Source: Trichosphaerium sp. ATCC 40318
Taxonomy: Eukaryota > Protista > Tubulinea
Length of the DNA: 48,781 nt
Assembly (NCBI GenBank): GCA_038496445.1
Contig: JALMLS010000044.1
Coordinates: forward strand, 1-48,781
Direction of reading: 5' to 3'
Below, piece after piece: positions 46,355 to 48,781 of this stretch (positions are counted from its first letter, which is position 1; each line of letters starts with the position of its first letter). The position numbers were made by a program, and so were the translations under genes. The notes beneath the pieces are model-generated. The model did not search any database and was not told the DNA's origin. It worked only from the letters and a program-made list of their open reading frames with translations.

Positions 46355-48118
46355 GGTAATATTTATCTAATTGACTTCACGCAATGGCAGAGAGTTCGCT
46401 AAATACAAGCCAAGAATGATAGTCAAACAATTTATGTAGACTTTGAACTGAGACACCAGCATCACAGTGACGTTAAACACGAGTTTGTTAGTTCGCTAGC
46501 CGCATTTTGTTATTAGTTTTGACCTGTGGTGTCTAAAATGCCAAATGAGATTACTGGATTGCTTACGGCTACTAGTTAGCTACCGTAGAGCTAAAAGCGC
46601 ATTAAAGTAAGTTTTGACACGAAATGTTTCAACTAAAAACGCAATAAGATAACGAATCGCTAGCACTACAATGTGCGTGTTATTTTTTTTGGTAAGTTTA
46701 AGTGCATAAATTACATTATTGTATTATAAAAACAATACGCGCGCTTTTACGCAATACTGCCGCCCTACTCACTTATAGGATGCACCACACGTTTTTTTGT
46801 GCAGCAGTGTCGCTTTGTTCGTTTTTTGTTTTGTTGCATGCAGAAATAGCAGGCAAGTCATATTGCGAGCGCCACCGAAGCTAATCACGCTGTGTAGACC
46901 AGAAGTTTTGAATTCATTGAGTACTTCCTTTTGCTGTGCAACTAAGTCTCGCACTTTATTGCTCCACGGAAACAAAGCACGTTGCTAATGCATTGAGTAG
47001 ATTTCGATGGATTCTTCGCTCAAGATATTGATATAACGAGCGATGGGCTTTAGTTATTGCAACAGCATCTGGCGTTGCTCTTCGTGGTGGTAGCTTATTG
47101 TTTATGGAATTAACCAACTATACTCCAATTGTAACACAAATCAAGTAACCGCCCAAAAGGGACCATTCTACACAACCTACAACATGGGAAGGTGGCGCAT
47201 TTAGTGACAACCAGCCTCAGACCGTACAAGTGGCAGCAAGTGGTAACATAATAACAGCGAAAACAACACCATCTGCAATAGTACGTACTCAAAAAGTGTC
47301 ACCAGATTTTTCTTTAGAAAAGGTGATAACTTCCAAAAGAAAACTTTTTACTTGGGCGAGTAACCTTAGTCTATGGAAGTTTATTCTTCCATTAAGGGCG
47401 TCCTCTCAGATTAGACCCAGCGTACAGAATTTGCTACTTTTACACAATGCATTCCAGACACACAAAGCATCCTCCATAAGGATTTAGAGCAACACAGGTC
47501 GCCTTTGAAAAATTGAAAAAAAAAACTGCTTAAACTGATGTGCCAAAACCGAAAAGTGTCTAAAACGTTTTACTATCATATAAACACATTTTAGGCTATT
47601 TTACATTATTACTAAAGACAAAACCTGTATTTGAAGTTCATTTTTGATGACTGCACTTAGCACACATACATTAACCATATATCAGCGTATTAAGCAAATT
47701 CAAGCATCTGCAAAAAGGAAAATACTAAATTAAGATTTACTTTCCAAAATAAGAAAAATTCAATCCCTAAACCTTATATTCGAAGCTGATATTGCCAAAC
47801 ACCTTAAATATGTGTGCAGACGATATTAATTCGTCACAGTATCCTGTTCGAACACTTTCAGCGTCAGCTAATGGTATGTCAGTTTATAGCACTTTTTTTC
47901 CAATGTAGGAACCTAACTTGATGTACAGTGGTAAAATGAAAACGGATTTTGGATATAAATCCCACTAAATTCTTTGTTTTGGGATTTAAGGTAATTTGTG
48001 AAGAATTCTTATTTTTATTTTTTTTTTTATGGCAGGATTTTGATAGAATTACCATAATATTCCCTTAAATACGGAATTTTCAGAATTATTGTACAAATCC
48101 ACCAAATAATGTACTAAT

Positions 48119-48188
48119 TTAGTTAGGTTAGGTTAGGGCTAGGGTTGAGGTTTATGAAAGTACAAATTAAGTTAGGGTTAGGGTTTAG
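48119..48188 (+). repeat. Degenerate telomere-like TTAGG/TTAGGG repeats
   Basis: ttagttaggttaggttagggctagggttgaggttt...gttagggttagggtttag within an ORF-free AT-rich stretch. Confidence 0.65.
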
Positions 48189-48781
48189 TTTTTTATATTT
48201 GCAAAAAACCATCAACACCTTAGGTACATAGGTTTAGCAACAATATCCACATGCTATTATTAAAGGTGAAAGCCAATGGTACAGGTTAAAGTGTTAATCC
48301 AAAAAGTAACGGAGAACGTGTTTTAGGTGGTTTGGAAAATCACTTAAACATAAATATCTCTTACTTATCTGTTTTGATGATAAAGCATTGCAACACCCTT
48401 ATTACACCATTAAAGAATGTATTTAAAGCATTTTAACTCCAAGTATGCTGTTTTTAAAGCTTATTTCCATTTAATTTATCACAAAACTGCCGCGTTCTTA
48501 ATTTAGCATTTACAAACGCATTAACTATTGTTCAGGCTCTCAAAACTAAATGCGATCAAATTACTTTTTCGTTTATGGAAGACACGATGTATTTAACTTG
48601 TACGTGTTATTTAGGATGTTTGTATTTTGTAATGATCAATAAATAAAATGACTTTGCATTAAATCTGAACCAAAGTATCGAATAATATTTTGTGTAATTT
48701 ATAAAGTATTTTTTACTGAAATTCACAAAAATACATTAAGATGCTATAAAGAATACATAGAGAATTCTATATAAAATACAT

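Noticed and set aside
46700-47490. Short ORFs on both strands
   Set aside because: The plus-strand frame looks protein-like but has an in-frame stop and no recognisable homology; too weak to call.
1-48781. Alternative genetic code or selenocysteine to explain the fragmented ORFs
   Set aside because: Stops in conserved genes fall within spliceable introns, and the intronless genes read cleanly in the standard code.
1-48781. tRNA, rRNA or viral hallmark genes
   Set aside because: None recognised; the TTCGAATC matches lie inside coding exons.

Overview
Eukaryotic, AT-rich, intron-dense DNA using the standard genetic code. It is probably from an amoebozoan-type protist (inference from the Frizzled/Smoothened-like GPCR, GTACGT-type splice donors and gene content). 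Most ORFs in the track are exon fragments, and my gene models are hand-spliced, so their ends are approximate. Housekeeping genes: MRPL3, RABL6, RPL12, GALT, a SCAF4/8/Nrd1-like CID-RRM gene and a DRAM/TMEM150-family gene. These are interleaved with fast-evolving accessory content: three intronless F-box + 22-aa LRR genes with variable repeat number and hypervariable exposed residues; two LamG-type surface-protein paralogs with different C-termini plus two fragments; a secreted lysozyme; a long ankyrin-repeat gene; a frameshifted HEPN-like gene; a hAT-type MITE; a long foldback; and degenerate telomere-like repeats near the right end. The LamG and F-box-LRR genes form mirror-image pairs (15.4-19.6 kb versus 30.6-35.7 kb). 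The best candidate for an undescribed system is the diversifying F-box-LRR repertoire, possibly a set of defence-related SCF substrate receptors. Other leads are a divergent H3-like histone-fold protein and a membrane protein with repeated OB-fold-like units.
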